NCBI GenBank assembly: GCA_027923505.1 | Contig: BROI01000007.1 | Location: 310,001-374,000, forward strand | From: Mayamaea pseudoterrestris | Lineage: Eukaryota | Direction of reading: 5' to 3' | Length of the DNA stretch: 64,000 nucleotides | Notes under the pieces: model-generated | Told to the model about the DNA's origin: nothing | Seen by the model: the letters and a program-made list of their open reading frames with translations, nothing else | Database searches by the model: none | Position numbers and translations under genes: made by a program | Shown: in pieces, positions 49,182 through 62,159 of the stretch | How the letters are laid out: the number at the start of each line of letters is the position of its first letter | Position numbering within the stretch: position 1 is the first letter of the stretch

Positions 49182-51158
49182 CTAGCTAACCGATGAAAGC
49201 ATCCTTTCCCACAGTGAGGGTTCTGCTCCGTCCGCACCAATGTAATCATTGTCAATGATTGCGCAAAGGAAGTAAGTGTCTCGTATCGTTTCAATCAGGG
49301 TATAACTTTCGCTATCAAAATCATACAGATTCAACCACATGGTTGTCCAAAGTGAAAAGGCTTCCTCCGCCCAGACGACAAAGATATCTGGATCAAATAT
49401 AGTTGGTTGTAGAATCTCACGGTTGGGAAAGACGCCCCAGGTTAAAGCTGTGACTCCGCCAGGTTCCACCCCTTCCTGTACTAGCCGACCATCAATGTTG
49501 ACAGCGTAAAGATTCATGGAGGGATGGCTCCGCACTAAAGTAACAAGCTTTTCCAAATTTTCTGGACTGCAAAAGCACTCACAATACTCTTTCTGGTAGA
49601 CATATCCATTCGGTCCACCCCAGCCAAACGTCTTGTGTGAACTGGAAAGACCATTCGCAGACGGCTGACTATTGATTGTTAAACAGCCAGCTCGATTTAA
49701 TGCAGCAAGCTTGTCCTGGATTAGAAACGATTCCGGTTGAAGTGCAGCCTCACACCAAGGTATGTGAGGTAGTTTTCCTTCAATGTATCGAGCAAAAACT
49801 TCGTACACTTCTTTTGGTTCCGTTGGATGACGGCCAAGCATGGCGCGTTGGTCTTCCATCGTCCCCAAAGAAAATTGGTAAAAGTGACTGAGTTGCGAAA
49901 GTTCTCCAAATGCTGGCGATGTCGCGTCACCCCAACGACCGTTTGGAAACTCATCCCAATCCTCGGTGCGTAAAACATAGCTCTTGGGCCGATTTGCCCA
50001 GTTGATGGGCCTAATCTCCTCCGAAGATCGCTTCTCTAGTGCCGACGGTCGCCATGGAAATGGACGTTGTGAATTGGTGCGCACATCGTCACAGGAACCC
50101 TTAGCCGTCGGCTTGGCAGTTGGTTCGTTATTCACCGGACGGACATGATCGACGACCCCCAGGCGCATGAGTATCTGAGTGACACTCCGCTCCAGGTTAA
50201 GTGTATAAAAGTGAATGCCCTCGACGCCATTGCCCTGCCCGATAATGCGGCGACACATTTCCGAGGCAATGTCGCAGCCGATCTCCTTTACCGCTTCATC
50301 ATCATCTTTGACAGGATCAAGTCTATCCCAGACTTCCTGCGGAACCTTAATGTTACAGTAGCGGGTCATTTTCTCAAAGACGCTGTAGCTTTGTATAGGC
50401 ATAATGCCAGGGATAATTGGACAGGAAATGCCGATCGCACGACACTGTTTGACAAAATCTTGAAAGACATCAGTATCGTAAAAGAATTGCGTCAAGATGA
50501 AATCAGCGCCCGCGTCAATCTTGTCTTTTAAATGTTGGAGCTCTACTTGACGACTAGTAGACGACGGATGACCTTCAGGATGTCCAGCAACAGCAATGCC
50601 AAAGTATTGACCAAATTCTGCTCGAATCAACTTGACCAAGTCAATGGCTCGATCGCAGTCGCCTCCACTCACTTCATCAACTTCCCAAGACCGCTTCCCC
50701 ACTGGAGGATCTCCTCGCAGCGCCAAAATGTTTCTCGTACCCGACTCCTTGGCTAACTGCAAAACGCGGATCAGTTCAAGTCTCGACATTCCTTGACACG
50801 ATAAATGCAGTACTGCATCAACTCCCAAGTATTTTTGAGCATGTTGTGCAATATGAAGAGACCTCCATTCGGTACTTCCAGCAGCTCCCCAAGTTACATT
50901 GATGAAGAGCGGATCTAAACGCATTGTCATGCGATCAATCCGCGTCAACAAGTTCTCCAATCCAGCCTCAGTTTTGGGTGGAAAGAATTCAAAGCTCCAA
51001 TATAAAGGCTCGTCATTTGTGGACTTCCTGTGACGATTCCGTCGCTCGATAATCTTGTCAATGATGCGTCCCATGGCCCAATCGAGAAGCAAGCAGAGAC
51101 ACACGGACGATGAAGAAGTGATGGCAGCAGCAAGCGCAAGTCCATCATGGTCGTCCAT
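49182..51158 (-). CDS. MTHFR: Methylenetetrahydrofolate reductase with eukaryotic C-terminal regulatory domain
   Basis: SFEFFPPKT, NILALRGDPP, GADFILTQFFYD, HFYTLNLE, WANRPKSY, WDEFPNGRWG, TINSQP, TWGVFP. The true start may be the Met at 51074 (MGRIIDK). Confidence 0.98.
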   Translation of the reverse strand: MDDHDGLALAAAITSSSSVCLCLLLDWAMGRIIDKIIERRNRHRKSTNDEPLYWSFEFFPPKTEAGLENLLTRIDRMTMRLDPLFINVTWGAAGSTEWRSLHIAQHAQKYLGVDAVLHLSCQGMSRLELIRVLQLAKESGTRNILALRGDPPVGKRSWEVDEVSGGDCDRAIDLVKLIRAEFGQYFGIAVAGHPEGHPSSTSRQVELQHLKDKIDAGADFILTQFFYDTDVFQDFVKQCRAIGISCPIIPGIMPIQSYSVFEKMTRYCNIKVPQEVWDRLDPVKDDDEAVKEIGCDIASEMCRRIIGQGNGVEGIHFYTLNLERSVTQILMRLGVVDHVRPVNNEPTAKPTAKGSCDDVRTNSQRPFPWRPSALEKRSSEEIRPINWANRPKSYVLRTEDWDEFPNGRWGDATSPAFGELSQLSHFYQFSLGTMEDQRAMLGRHPTEPKEVYEVFARYIEGKLPHIPWCEAALQPESFLIQDKLAALNRAGCLTINSQPSANGLSSSHKTFGWGGPNGYVYQKEYCECFCSPENLEKLVTLVRSHPSMNLYAVNIDGRLVQEGVEPGGVTALTWGVFPNREILQPTIFDPDIFVVWAEEAFSLWTTMWLNLYDFDSESYTLIETIRDTYFLCAIIDNDYIGADGAEPSLWERMLSSVS

Positions 51159-51459
51159 GCATCACTTCAACTTGTCAGCGTGACGTCATAATGACACGTG
51201 CCAGCGCGCCGGCCAGTCGTTCCGACGTTTCGCGCTCACCATGGGACAATCGACAGCGGTGCTTTATGACTCGGCCGCAGTGCAAGAAGCCAACGCTCGC
51301 GACAGAAGCACATTGCGTAGTCTATTAATTTGACAAAAAGGTCTCGCGCTCGACGACTTGAATACTTGAAGGGACAGAAATATAGTGTAGCAACGAAACA
51401 ACTCGAGCATCCAAACGCACCGCCACTCGTTCCAACAAACGACCACAGCAATCAGCAGC

Positions 51460-53121
51460 ATGGCATCAGATTCGGAATCGTCGACTGAACAAGACAAGAA
51501 GAAGAAAAAGGAGAAGAAGGAAAAGAAAGAAAAGAAGGAGAAAAAGGAAAAGAAAGAGAAGAAGGAAAAGAAGGAGAAAAAGAGCAAGAAGGAAGACAAG
51601 GAGCAACATCATGAAGTTGTCGAATCCGACGACGAAAAGAAACGACTGAAAAAGGAAAAGAAGAAAGCCAAAAAGGAGGAGAAAAAGGCCAAGAAGAAGG
51701 AAAAGAAGAAAAAGAAGGACGCTGACAGTCACTCATCCGACTCCGAAGGATCCGCAGCTGACAATCACAAGACCACCAATGGGTCAGCTTCGCAACCAGC
51801 CGTCGTCGAACCGGCTAGTACGCCAGCTAGCAGCAACAGCCGATATATAACCATAGACCCGACCAAGTCGAACGCTTCTACCGCCAGACAACGAAGTACA
51901 ATCTCACGGAATCAACGGCCGAAGGAACCATTGCCGCAGTTTGACGAGAAGCCTGATTGGATGTTCCAGCAAAACAATTCGGAGGACAAGGTAGTTGGCC
52001 TTGGCATTGCCGCAAAACTAGCCAAGGAGCGCCGCCAGGAGCGGCAAGCCAGTGTGACAAAGCAAATACTTGATGATGTTGGAACAAGCTCCGATTCCAG
52101 AGCTTTTGCAAAGGATTTCAAGTCGAAAATGGAAACTGACAAGGATTTGAAAAAGAGAGTCGTGCTTGACAAGAATGCGTCGCCAAAGGACCAATTTCTT
52201 GTTCTCCTTAATCATGATCCTTGGCTGAATCATAGGAACAAAAGTTATGACGACGAGCTTACCTATGACTTTATTCGAAAGAACTCTAGAGTTTGTCGCA
52301 AAAAGATTAGCCTCGACTTTGCCAAGGACAAGATTTATCCGTTCAGCGTCCTTTGCGCCCTCGGCGCCAGCTCAAAGACGCTGGCGGAATGCTACAAGGC
52401 GTATCCACATGCTGCCGCATGGAACGATGGGTTTATTGGTACGCCCATGCATTACGCTTGCAACTATCGCGCACCGGCAGAGGTGTTGAAATTCCTGATT
52501 GATGAAGTACGTGTTGATGACGAGTCGAGCAGCAGCAGTTCCGGTAGCAGCAAAGGCTCGTCTGATGCCGACAAGAACTCGATGATTTGGTCAACGAATC
52601 ACATGTTTCGACTTCCAATCCACTTGGCTTGCATGGCGCAAGCTCCCGTCGCCTCGTTGAAAATGTTGATTGACGAGTACAAGCAGGGACTAGCGCGCGT
52701 TGACAAGGACGGTAATACACCGCTCCATTATGCGTGCGACCATGCAGACGCCGATTTGGACGTTGTCGATATGTTAGCGATTAAGAACAAAAAGGCTGTT
52801 GTTGTCAAGAACAAGACAAATGGACAGACACCCGTGCATCTTGCTGTCCATCGAGGCTGCCGATTAGAAATTATTGAAGCTCTCTTTCTCTCCGAACCCG
52901 ATCGGGCCCTGTCCATTGCTGATAAGGAAGGGAATATACCGCTTCACGTTGCAGTATTAACGAATGCTGACATGAAAATTATCCAGTTTCTCGTTTGGAA
53001 TCATGCAGACGGAGTGACCACTTACAACGATAAGAACGAGCGACCCATCGACATTGCACGGCGGCTTCAACGGAAAAATAGAGACTTGGCCGAGATTCTG
53101 GATCCATTAGGAGAGAGCTGA
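51460..53121 (+). CDS. Ankyrin-repeat protein with a Lys/Glu-rich N-terminus
   Basis: Ankyrin motifs GTPMHYAC, RLPIHLAC, GNTPLHYAC, GQTPVHLAV, GNIPLHVAV and ERPIDIA, plus a (KKE)n tract. Confidence 0.92.
   Translation: MASDSESSTEQDKKKKKEKKEKKEKKEKKEKKEKKEKKEKKSKKEDKEQHHEVVESDDEKKRLKKEKKKAKKEEKKAKKKEKKKKKDADSHSSDSEGSAADNHKTTNGSASQPAVVEPASTPASSNSRYITIDPTKSNASTARQRSTISRNQRPKEPLPQFDEKPDWMFQQNNSEDKVVGLGIAAKLAKERRQERQASVTKQILDDVGTSSDSRAFAKDFKSKMETDKDLKKRVVLDKNASPKDQFLVLLNHDPWLNHRNKSYDDELTYDFIRKNSRVCRKKISLDFAKDKIYPFSVLCALGASSKTLAECYKAYPHAAAWNDGFIGTPMHYACNYRAPAEVLKFLIDEVRVDDESSSSSSGSSKGSSDADKNSMIWSTNHMFRLPIHLACMAQAPVASLKMLIDEYKQGLARVDKDGNTPLHYACDHADADLDVVDMLAIKNKKAVVVKNKTNGQTPVHLAVHRGCRLEIIEALFLSEPDRALSIADKEGNIPLHVAVLTNADMKIIQFLVWNHADGVTTYNDKNERPIDIARRLQRKNRDLAEILDPLGES
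51496..51600 (+). repeat. Coding 9-bp (KKE) low-complexity repeat
   Basis: About 9 aagaaggaa-type units with synonymous variation, inside the ankyrin gene. Confidence 0.85.
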
Positions 53122-53577
53122 GCTTACAATAAGTTGAGAGAGATAACTTCCGGTAGGAGTTGTCAGTTTAATAGCACTGGCGCGCAAATATATTGAATGG
53201 TTCCTGATCTACTTAACATGCCCACAAAGTAACTAATCAGTGATTTATTTTTCAATGCATGTTTAAAGAGGTGAACTCACACCCACTAGCTAGATATGTC
53301 AAAAGAGTTGCTAACTGCACTTATTCACTGTTATGTCACTATCATCAATCTACTTCTGCCTCTTTCTGCAGCCATTGTTAACAAGCTGCTGATAGTAAAT
53401 TAGATGATTCTTGGGTAATGCTGAGCATCCCTTGTGGCACCCAATGATGCTTGCAACAATGACAGGCTAATGAAATAGGCATTCCTTTCAGTTGCTGCTT
53501 GGCAGGGTGATTCTTTGGGCAGTTGGTGCTGGTGCTAACTTTCTTATTTCAGGTGCGCTACAAGATAAGTTGACTGG

Positions 53578-53702
53578 CTGCATACACATGGCTCAAGGTG
53601 GGCTACTGAACGGCATGACAGCTGCTGGCTGAGACTGGTGACAAGTTATCACCAATCACATTGCATTCCACTGAGACACTAGAGCCAGTAAACTTATCTT
53701 GA
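53578..53702 (-). repeat. Diverged 169-bp-family partial monomer (subfamily C), inverted
   Basis: gcatacacatggctcaagg...ctgagactggtgacaagttatcaccaat...ctgagacac matches 62215-62335. Confidence 0.8.
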
Positions 53703-53946
53703 CCCCAGGTCCTATAGACATCCCCATCAATTAAAAACATCGCCACCACGGGCCAAGATATCAATGAGGCCAACAAACCCTAACAAACCTGGCAAGCTCA
53801 AATTTTTGGGAAGTTGTGGGAGTAGATGTGCCAGATAGAAAGGAAGGACTGTTTCAGAATCCAGACCAATTAGCTTATGGCCGTTATTTTGGGAATAGAC
53901 CTGCTAGCTTCCAACAAAGCTAAGGATTATGCCGCCAAACCAAACC

Positions 53947-56900
53947 TAAGCTTGGCTGGTGTCTCAGGAGATGGCAATGTATTTGGTGACAACTTGTCAC
54001 CAGTCTCAGCCCGCAGATGCCAAAATATTCAGACACACCTGCAGCAGGCCCTGTAGGTGCCCAAATTACACCAGAATGGTGCCAACATCATTATTCAGGA
54101 TGCGCTACAAGATGGTAAGCTTGGCTGGTGTCTTAGGGGATGGCAATGTATTTGGTGACAACTTGTCACCAGTCTCAGCCTGCAGATGCCGTGACATTCA
54201 AACACCCCTACAGCTAGCCCTGTTGGTGCCCAAAATACACCAGAATGGTGCCAACACCAATTTTGAGGCTGCGCTACAAGATGGTATGCCTGGCTGGTGT
54301 CTCAGGTATTGGCAATGTATTTGGTGGTGTCAACTTGTCACCAGTCTCAGCCCACAGATGCCATGACATTCAGACTCACCTACAGCTAGCCCTGTAGGTG
54401 CCCAAATTACACCAGAATGGAGCCAACATCATTTATCTGGCTGCGCTACAAGATGGTAGGCTTGGCTGGTGTCTCAGGGGATGGCAATGTATTTGGTGAC
54501 AACTTGTCACCAGTCTCAGCGCATAGGTGCCATGACATTCAGACACACCTACAGCAGGCCCTGTAGGTGCCCAAATTACACCAGAATGGTGCCACCGTCA
54601 TTTCTGCGGCTGCGCTACAGCATGGTAAGCTTGGCTGGTGTCTCAGGGGATGGCAATGCATTTGGTGACAACTTGTCACCAGTCTCAGCCCGCAGATGCC
54701 GTTACATTCAAACCCCCCTACAGCAGGCCCTGCAGGTGCCCAAATTACACCAGAATGGTGCCAACATCATTGTTCAAGCTGCGCTACAAGATGGTAGGCT
54801 TGGCTGGTGTCTCAGGGGATGGCAATGTATTTGGTGACAACTTGTCACCAGTCTCAGCTCACAGATGCCATGACATTCAGACACACCTACAGCAGGCCCT
54901 TTAAATGCCCTAATTACATCAGAATGGTGCCACCATCATTTTGGAGGCTGCGCCACAAGATGGTAGGCTTGGCTGGTGTCTCAGGGGATGGCAATGTATT
55001 TGGTGACAACTTGTCACCAGTCTCAGCCTGCAGATGCCATGACATTCAAACGCCCCTACAGCTAGCCCTGTAGGTGCCCAAAATACACCAGAATGGAGCC
55101 AACATCATTATTCAGGCTGCGCTACAAGATGGTAGACTTGGCTGGTGTCTCAGGGGATGGCAATGTATTTGGTGACAACTTGTCACCAGTCTCAGCGCAC
55201 AGGTGCCATGACATTCAGACGCCCCTACAGCTAGCCCTGTAGGTGCCCAAATTACACCAGAATGGTGCCAACGTCATTTTTCAAGCTGCGCCACAAGATG
55301 GTAGGCTTGGCTAGTGTCTCAGGGGATGGCAATGTATTTGGTGGTGTCAACTTGTCACCAGTCTCAGCCCGCAGCTGCCGTGACATTCAGACACACCTAC
55401 AGCAGGCTCTGTAGTTGCCCAAATTACACCAGAATGGTGCCAACATCATTATTCAGGCTGCGCTACAAGATGGAAAGCTTGGCTGGAGTCTCAGGGGATG
55501 GCAATGCATTTGGTGACAACTTGTCACCAGTCTCGGCCCGCAGATGCCGTTACATTCAAACCCCCCTACAGCAGACCCTGCAGGTGCCCAAATTGCACCA
55601 GAATGGTGCCAACATCATTGTTCAAGCTGCGCTACAAGATGGTAGGCTTGGCTGGTGTCTCAGGGGATGGCAATGTATTTGGTGACAACTTGTCACCAGT
55701 CTCAGCCCGCAGATGCCATGACATTCAGAAACACCTACAGCAGGCTCTGTAGGTGCCCAAATTACACCCGAACGGTGCCAACATCATTTTTGAGGATACG
55801 CTACAAGATGGTAAGCTTGGCTGGTGTCTCAGGGGATGGCAATGTATTTGGTGACAACTTGTCACCAGTCTCAGCCCACAGATGCCGTTACATTCAAACC
55901 CCCCTACAGCAGACCCTGCAGGTGCCCAAATTACACCAGAATGGTGCCAACATCATTGTTCAAGCTGCGCTACAAGATGGTAAGCTTGGCTGGTGTCGCA
56001 GTGGATGACAATGTATTTGGTGACAACTTGTCACCAGTCTCAGCCCGCAGGTGCCATGACATTCAGACACACCTACAGCAGGCTCTGTAGGTGCCCATAA
56101 TACACCCAAACGATGCCAACATCATTTTTGAGGCTGCTCTACAAGATGGTAAGCTTGGCTGGTGTTTCAGGAGATGGCAATGCATTTGGTGACAACTTGT
56201 CACCAGTCTCAGCCCGCAGTTGCCGTTACATTCAAACCCTCTTACAGCAGGCCCTGCAGGTGCCCAAATTACACCAGAATGGTGCCATATTATTTTTTGA
56301 AAATGCGCGACATGATGGTAAGGTTGGCTGGTGTCTCAGGGGATGGCAATGCATTTGGTGACAACTTGTCACCAGTCTCGGCCCGCAGTTGCCGTTACAT
56401 TCAAACGCCCCTACAGCTAGCCCTGTAAGTACCCAAAAACACCAAAATGGTGCCAACATGATTGTTCAAGCTGCGCTTCAAGATGGTAAGCTTGGCTGGT
56501 GTCTCAGGGGATGGCAATGTATTTGGTGACAACTTGTCACCAGTCTCAGCCCGCAGATGCCAAAACATTCAGACACACCTACAACAGGCCCTTTAGGTGC
56601 CCTAATTACATCAGAATGGTGCCAACATCATTTTGAGGAGGCTGCGCCACAAGATGGTAGGCTTGGCTGGTGTCTCAGGGGATGGCAATGTATTTGGTGA
56701 CAACTTGTCACCAGTCTCAGCCTGCAGATGCTGTGACATTCAAAGGCCCCTACAGCAAGCCCGGTATGTGCCCAAAATACACCAGAATGGTGCCAACAAC
56801 ATTATTCAGGATGCACTACAAGATGGTAAGCTTGGCTGGTGTCTCAGGGGATGGCAATGCATTTGGTGACAACTTGTCACCAGTCTTGGCCCACAGTTGC

Positions 56901-59900
56901 CGTTACATTCAAACCCTCCTACAGCAGGCCCTGCAGGTGCCCAAATTACACCAGAATGGTGCCAACATCATTGTTCAAGCTGCGCTACAAGATGGTAAGC
57001 TTGGCTGGTGTCTCAGGGGATGGCAATGTATTTGGTGACAACTTGTCACCAGTCTCAGCCCGCAGATGCCATGACATTCAAACACACCTACAGCAGGCCC
57101 TGTAGGTGCCCAAATTACACCAGAATGGTGCCAACATCATTATTCAGGCTGCGCTACAAGATGGTAGGCTTGGCTGGTGTCTCAGGGGATGGCAATGTAT
57201 TTGGTGACAACTTGTCACCAGTCTCAGCCCGCAGGTGCCGTGACATTCAGACGCCCCTCTAGCAAGCCCGGTAGGTGCCCAAAATACACCAGAATGGTGC
57301 CAACATCATTGTTTAAGCGGCGCTACAAGATGGTAGGCTTGGCTGGTGTCTCAGGGGATGGCAATGTATTTGGTGACAACTTGTCACCAGTCTCAGCCTG
57401 CAGATGCCGTGACATTCAAACGCCCCAACAGCAAGCCCGGTAGGTGCCCAAATTACACCAGAATGGTGCCAACATCATTGTTCAAGCTGCGCTACAAGAT
57501 GGTAGGCTTGGCTGGTGTCTCAGGGGATGGCAATGTATTTGGTGACAACTTGTCACCAGTCTCAGCTTACAGATGCCGTGACATTCAAACGCCCCTACAT
57601 CAGGCCCTGAAGGTGCATAAATTACACCAGAATGGTGCCAACATCATTATTCAGGCTGCGCTACAAGATGGTAGGCTTGGCTGGTGTCTCAGGGGATGGC
57701 AATGTATTTGGTGACAACTTGTCACCAGTCTCAGCCTGCAGATGCCGTGACATTCAAACGCCCCTACAGCAAGCCCGGTAGGTGCCCAAATTACACCAGA
57801 ATGGTGCCAACATCATTGTTCAAGCTGCGCTACAAGATGGTAGGCTTGGCTGGTGTCTCAGGGGATGGCAATGTATTTGGTGACAACTTGTCACCAGTCT
57901 CAGCCTGCAGATGCCGTGACATTCAAACGCCCCTACAGCAGGCCCTGCAGGTGCCCAAAATACACCAGAATGGTGCCAACATCATTATTCAGGCTGCGCT
58001 ACAAGATGGTAGGCTTGGCTGGTGTCTCAGGGGATGGCAATGTATTTGGTGACAACTTGTCACCAGTCTCAGCCCACAGATGCCGTGACATTCAAACGCC
58101 CCTACAGCAAGCCCTGTAGGTGCCCAAATTACACCAGAATGGTGCCAACATCATTATTCAGGCTGCGCTACAAGATGGTAGGCTTGGCTGGTGTCTCAGG
58201 GGATGGCAATGCATTTGGTGACAACTTGTCACCAGTCTCAGCCCGCAGATGCCGTTACATTCAAACCCCCCTACAGCAGACCCTGCAGGTGCCCAAATTA
58301 CACCAGAATGGTGCCAACATCATTGTTCAAGCTGCGCTACAAGATGGTAAGCTTGGCTGGTGTCGCAGTGGATGACAATGTATTTGGTGACAACTTGTCA
58401 CCAGTCTCAGCCCGCAGGTGCCATGACATTCAGACACACCTACAGCAGGCTCTGTAGGTGCCCATAATACACCCAAACGATGCCAACATCATTTTTGAGG
58501 CTGCTCTACAAGATGGTAAGCTTGGCTGGTGTTTCAGGAGATGGCAATGCATTTGGTGATAACTTGTCACCAGCCTCGGCCCGCAGATGCCGTTACATTC
58601 AAACCCCCCTACAGCAGGCCCTGCAGGTGCCCAAATTACACTAAATTGGTGCCACCATCATTGTTTAAGCGGCGCTACAAGATGGTAGGCTTGGCTGGTG
58701 TCTCAGGGGATGGCAATGTATTTGGTGACAACTTGTCACCAGTCTCAGCCTGCAGATGCCGTGACATTCAAACGCCCCTACAGCAAGCCCGGTAGGTGCC
58801 CAAATTACACCTGAACGGTGCCAACATCATTATTCAAGATGCGCTACAAGATGGTAAGCTTGGCTGGTATCTCAGGGGATGGCAATGCATTTGGTGACAA
58901 CTTGTCACCAGTCTCAGCCCACAGATGCCGTGACATACAAACGCCCCTACAGCTAGCCCTGTAGGTGCCCAAAATACACCAGAATGGTGCCAACGTCATT
59001 TTTCAAGCTGCGCTACAAGATGGTAGGCTTGGCTGGTGTCTCAGGAGATGGCAATGTATTTGGTCACAACTTGTCACCAGTCTCAGCCTGCAGATGCCGT
59101 GACATTCCAACGCCCCTACAGCAAGCCCAGTAGGTGCCCAAAATACACCAGAATGGTGCCAACATCATTATTCAAGCTGCGCTACAAGATGGTAGGCTTG
59201 GCTGGTGTCTCAGGGGATGGCAATGTATTTGGTGACAACTTGTCACCAGTCTCAGCCTGCAGATGCCGTGACATTCAAATGCCCCAACAGCAAGCCCGGT
59301 AGGTGCCCATAATACACCAGAATGGTGCCAGCATCAATATTCAGGATGCGCTACAAGATGGTAAGCTTGGCTGGTGTCTCAGGGGATGGCAATGTATTTG
59401 GTGACAACTTGTCACCAGTCTCAGCCCACACTCACCGTGACATTCAAACGCCCCTACAGCATGCCCGGTAGGTGCCCAAAATACACCAGAATGGTGCCAA
59501 CATCATTATTCAAGCTGCGTTACAAGATGGTAGGCTTGGCTGGTGTCCCAGGAGATGGCAATGTATTTGGTGACAACTTGTCACCAGTCTCAGCCTGCAG
59601 ATGCCGTGACATTCAAACGCCCCTACAGCAGGCCCTGCAGGTGCCCAAAATACACCAGAATGGTGCCAACATCATTATTCAGGCTGAGCTACAAGATGGA
59701 AGGCTTGGCTGGTGTCCCAGGGGATGGCAATGCATTTGGTGACAACTTGTCACCAGTCTCAGCCCACAGATGCCGTGACATTTAAATGCCCCTACAGCTA
59801 GCCCTGTAGGTGCCCAAAATACACCAGAATGGTGCCAACATGATTGTTCAAGCTGCGCTACAAGATGGTAGGCTTGGCTGGTGTCTCAAGGGATGGCAAT

Positions 59901-62154
59901 GTATTTGGTGACAACTTGTCACCAGTCTCAGCCCGCAGCTGTTATGACATTCAGACACACCTACAGCAGGCCCTTTAGGTGCCCAAATTACACCAGAATG
60001 GTGCCAACATCATTATTCAGGCTGCGCTACAAGATGGTAAGCTTGGCTGGTGTTTCAGGGGATGACAATGTATTTGGTGACAACTTGTCACCAGCCTCGG
60101 CCCACAGATGCCGTTACATTCAAACCCCCCTACAGCAGGCCCTGCAGGTGCCCAAATTACACTAAATTGGTGCCAACATCATTGTTTAAGCGGCGCTACA
60201 AGATTGTAGGCTAGGCTGGTGTCTCAGGGGATGGCAATGTATTTGGTGACAACTTGTCACCAGTCTCAGCCTGCAGATGCCGTGACATTCAAACGCCCCT
60301 ACAGCAAGCCCGGTAGGTGCCCAAATATCACCTGAACGGTGCCAACATCATTTTTGAGGATGCGCTACAAGATGGTAAGCTTGGCTGGTGTCTCAGGGGA
60401 TGGCAATGTATTTGGTGACAACCTGTCACCAGTCTCAGCCTGCAGATGCCGTGACATTCAAACGCCCCAACAGCAAGCCCGGTAGGTGCCCAAATTACAC
60501 CTGAACGGTGCCAACATCATTGTTCAAGATGCGCTACAAGATGGTAGGCTTGGCTGGTGTCCCAGGAGATGGCAATGTATTTGGTGACAACTTGTCACCA
60601 GTCTCAGCCTGCAGATGCCGTGACATACAAACGCCCCTACAGCAGGCCCTGCAGGTGCCCAATATACACCAGAATGGTGCCAACATCATTATTCAGGCTG
60701 CGCTACAAGATGGAAGGCTTGGCTGGTGTCTCAGGGGATGGCAATGCATTTGGTGACAACTTGTCACCAGTCTCAGCCCACAGATGCCGTGACATTCAAA
60801 TGCCCCTACAGCTAGCCCTGTAGGTGCCCAAAATACACCAGAATGGCGCCAACGTCATTTTGCAGGCTGCGCTACAAGATGGTAGGCTTGGCTGGTGTCT
60901 CAGGGGATGGGCAATGTATTTGGTGACAACTTGTCACAGAGTCTCAGCCTGCAGATGCTGTGACATTCCAACGCCCCTACAGCAAGCCCGGTAGGTGCCC
61001 ATAATACACCAGAATGGTGCCAACATCATTATTCAGGATGCGCTACAAGATGGTAAGCTTGGCTGGTGTCTCAGGGGATGGCAATGTATTTGGTGACAAC
61101 TTGTCACCAGTCTCAGCCTGCAGATGCCGTGACATTCAAACGCCCCTACAGCATGCCCGGTAGGTGCCCAAAATACACCAGAATGGTGCCAACATCATTA
61201 TTCAGGCTGCGCTACAAGATGGTAGGCTTGGCTGGTGTCTCAGGGGATGGCAATGCATTTGGTGACAACTTGTCACCAGTCTCAGCCCGCAGATGCCATG
61301 ACATTCAGTCTTACCTACAGCAGGCCCTTTAGGTGCCCAAATTACACCAGAATGGTGCCAACATCATTATTCAGGCTGCGCTACAAGATGGTAAGCTTCG
61401 CTGGTGTCTCAGGGGATGGCAATGCATTTGGTGACAACTTGTCACCAGTCTCAGCGCGCAGTCGCCGTGACATTCAAACGCCCCTACAGCAAGCCCTGTA
61501 GGTGCCCAAATTACACCAGAATGGTGCCAACATGATTGTTCAAGCTGTGCTACAAGATGGTAGGCTTGGCTGGTGTCTCAGGGGATGGCAATGTATTTGG
61601 TGACAACTTGTCACCAGTCTCAGCCCGCAGCTGTTATGACATTCAGACACACCTACAACAGGCCCTGCAGGTGCCCAAATTACACCAGAATAGTGCCAAC
61701 ATCATTGTTCAAGCTGCGCTACAAGATGGTAGGCTTGGCTGGTGTCTCAGGGGATGGCAATGTATTTGGTGACAACTTGTCACCAGTCTCAGCCCCCAGA
61801 TGTGGTTACATTCAAACCCCCCTAGAGCAGGCCCTCAGGTGCCCAAATTACACTAGAATGGTGCCAACATCATTGTTCAAGCTGCGCTACAAGGTAATAG
61901 GCTTGGCTGGTGTCTCAGGGGATGGCAATGTATTTGGTGACAACTTGTCACCAGTCTCAGCCCGCAGATGCCATGACATTCAGACACACCTACAGCAGGC
62001 CCTGTAGGTGCCCAAATTACACCAGAACGGCGCCAACATCATTTTTGAGGATGCGCTACAAGATGGTAAGCTTGGCTGGTGTCTCAGGGGATGACAATGT
62101 ATTTGGTGACAACTTGTCACCAGTCTCAGCCTGCAGATGCCGTGACATTCAGAC
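53947..62154 (+). repeat. Satellite family 2, subfamily A-like array, about 48 copies
   Basis: Clean 169-bp periodicity of ggctggtgtctcaggggatggcaatgtatttggtgacaacttgtcacca. Confidence 0.98.
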
Positions 62155-62159
62155 CCAAT

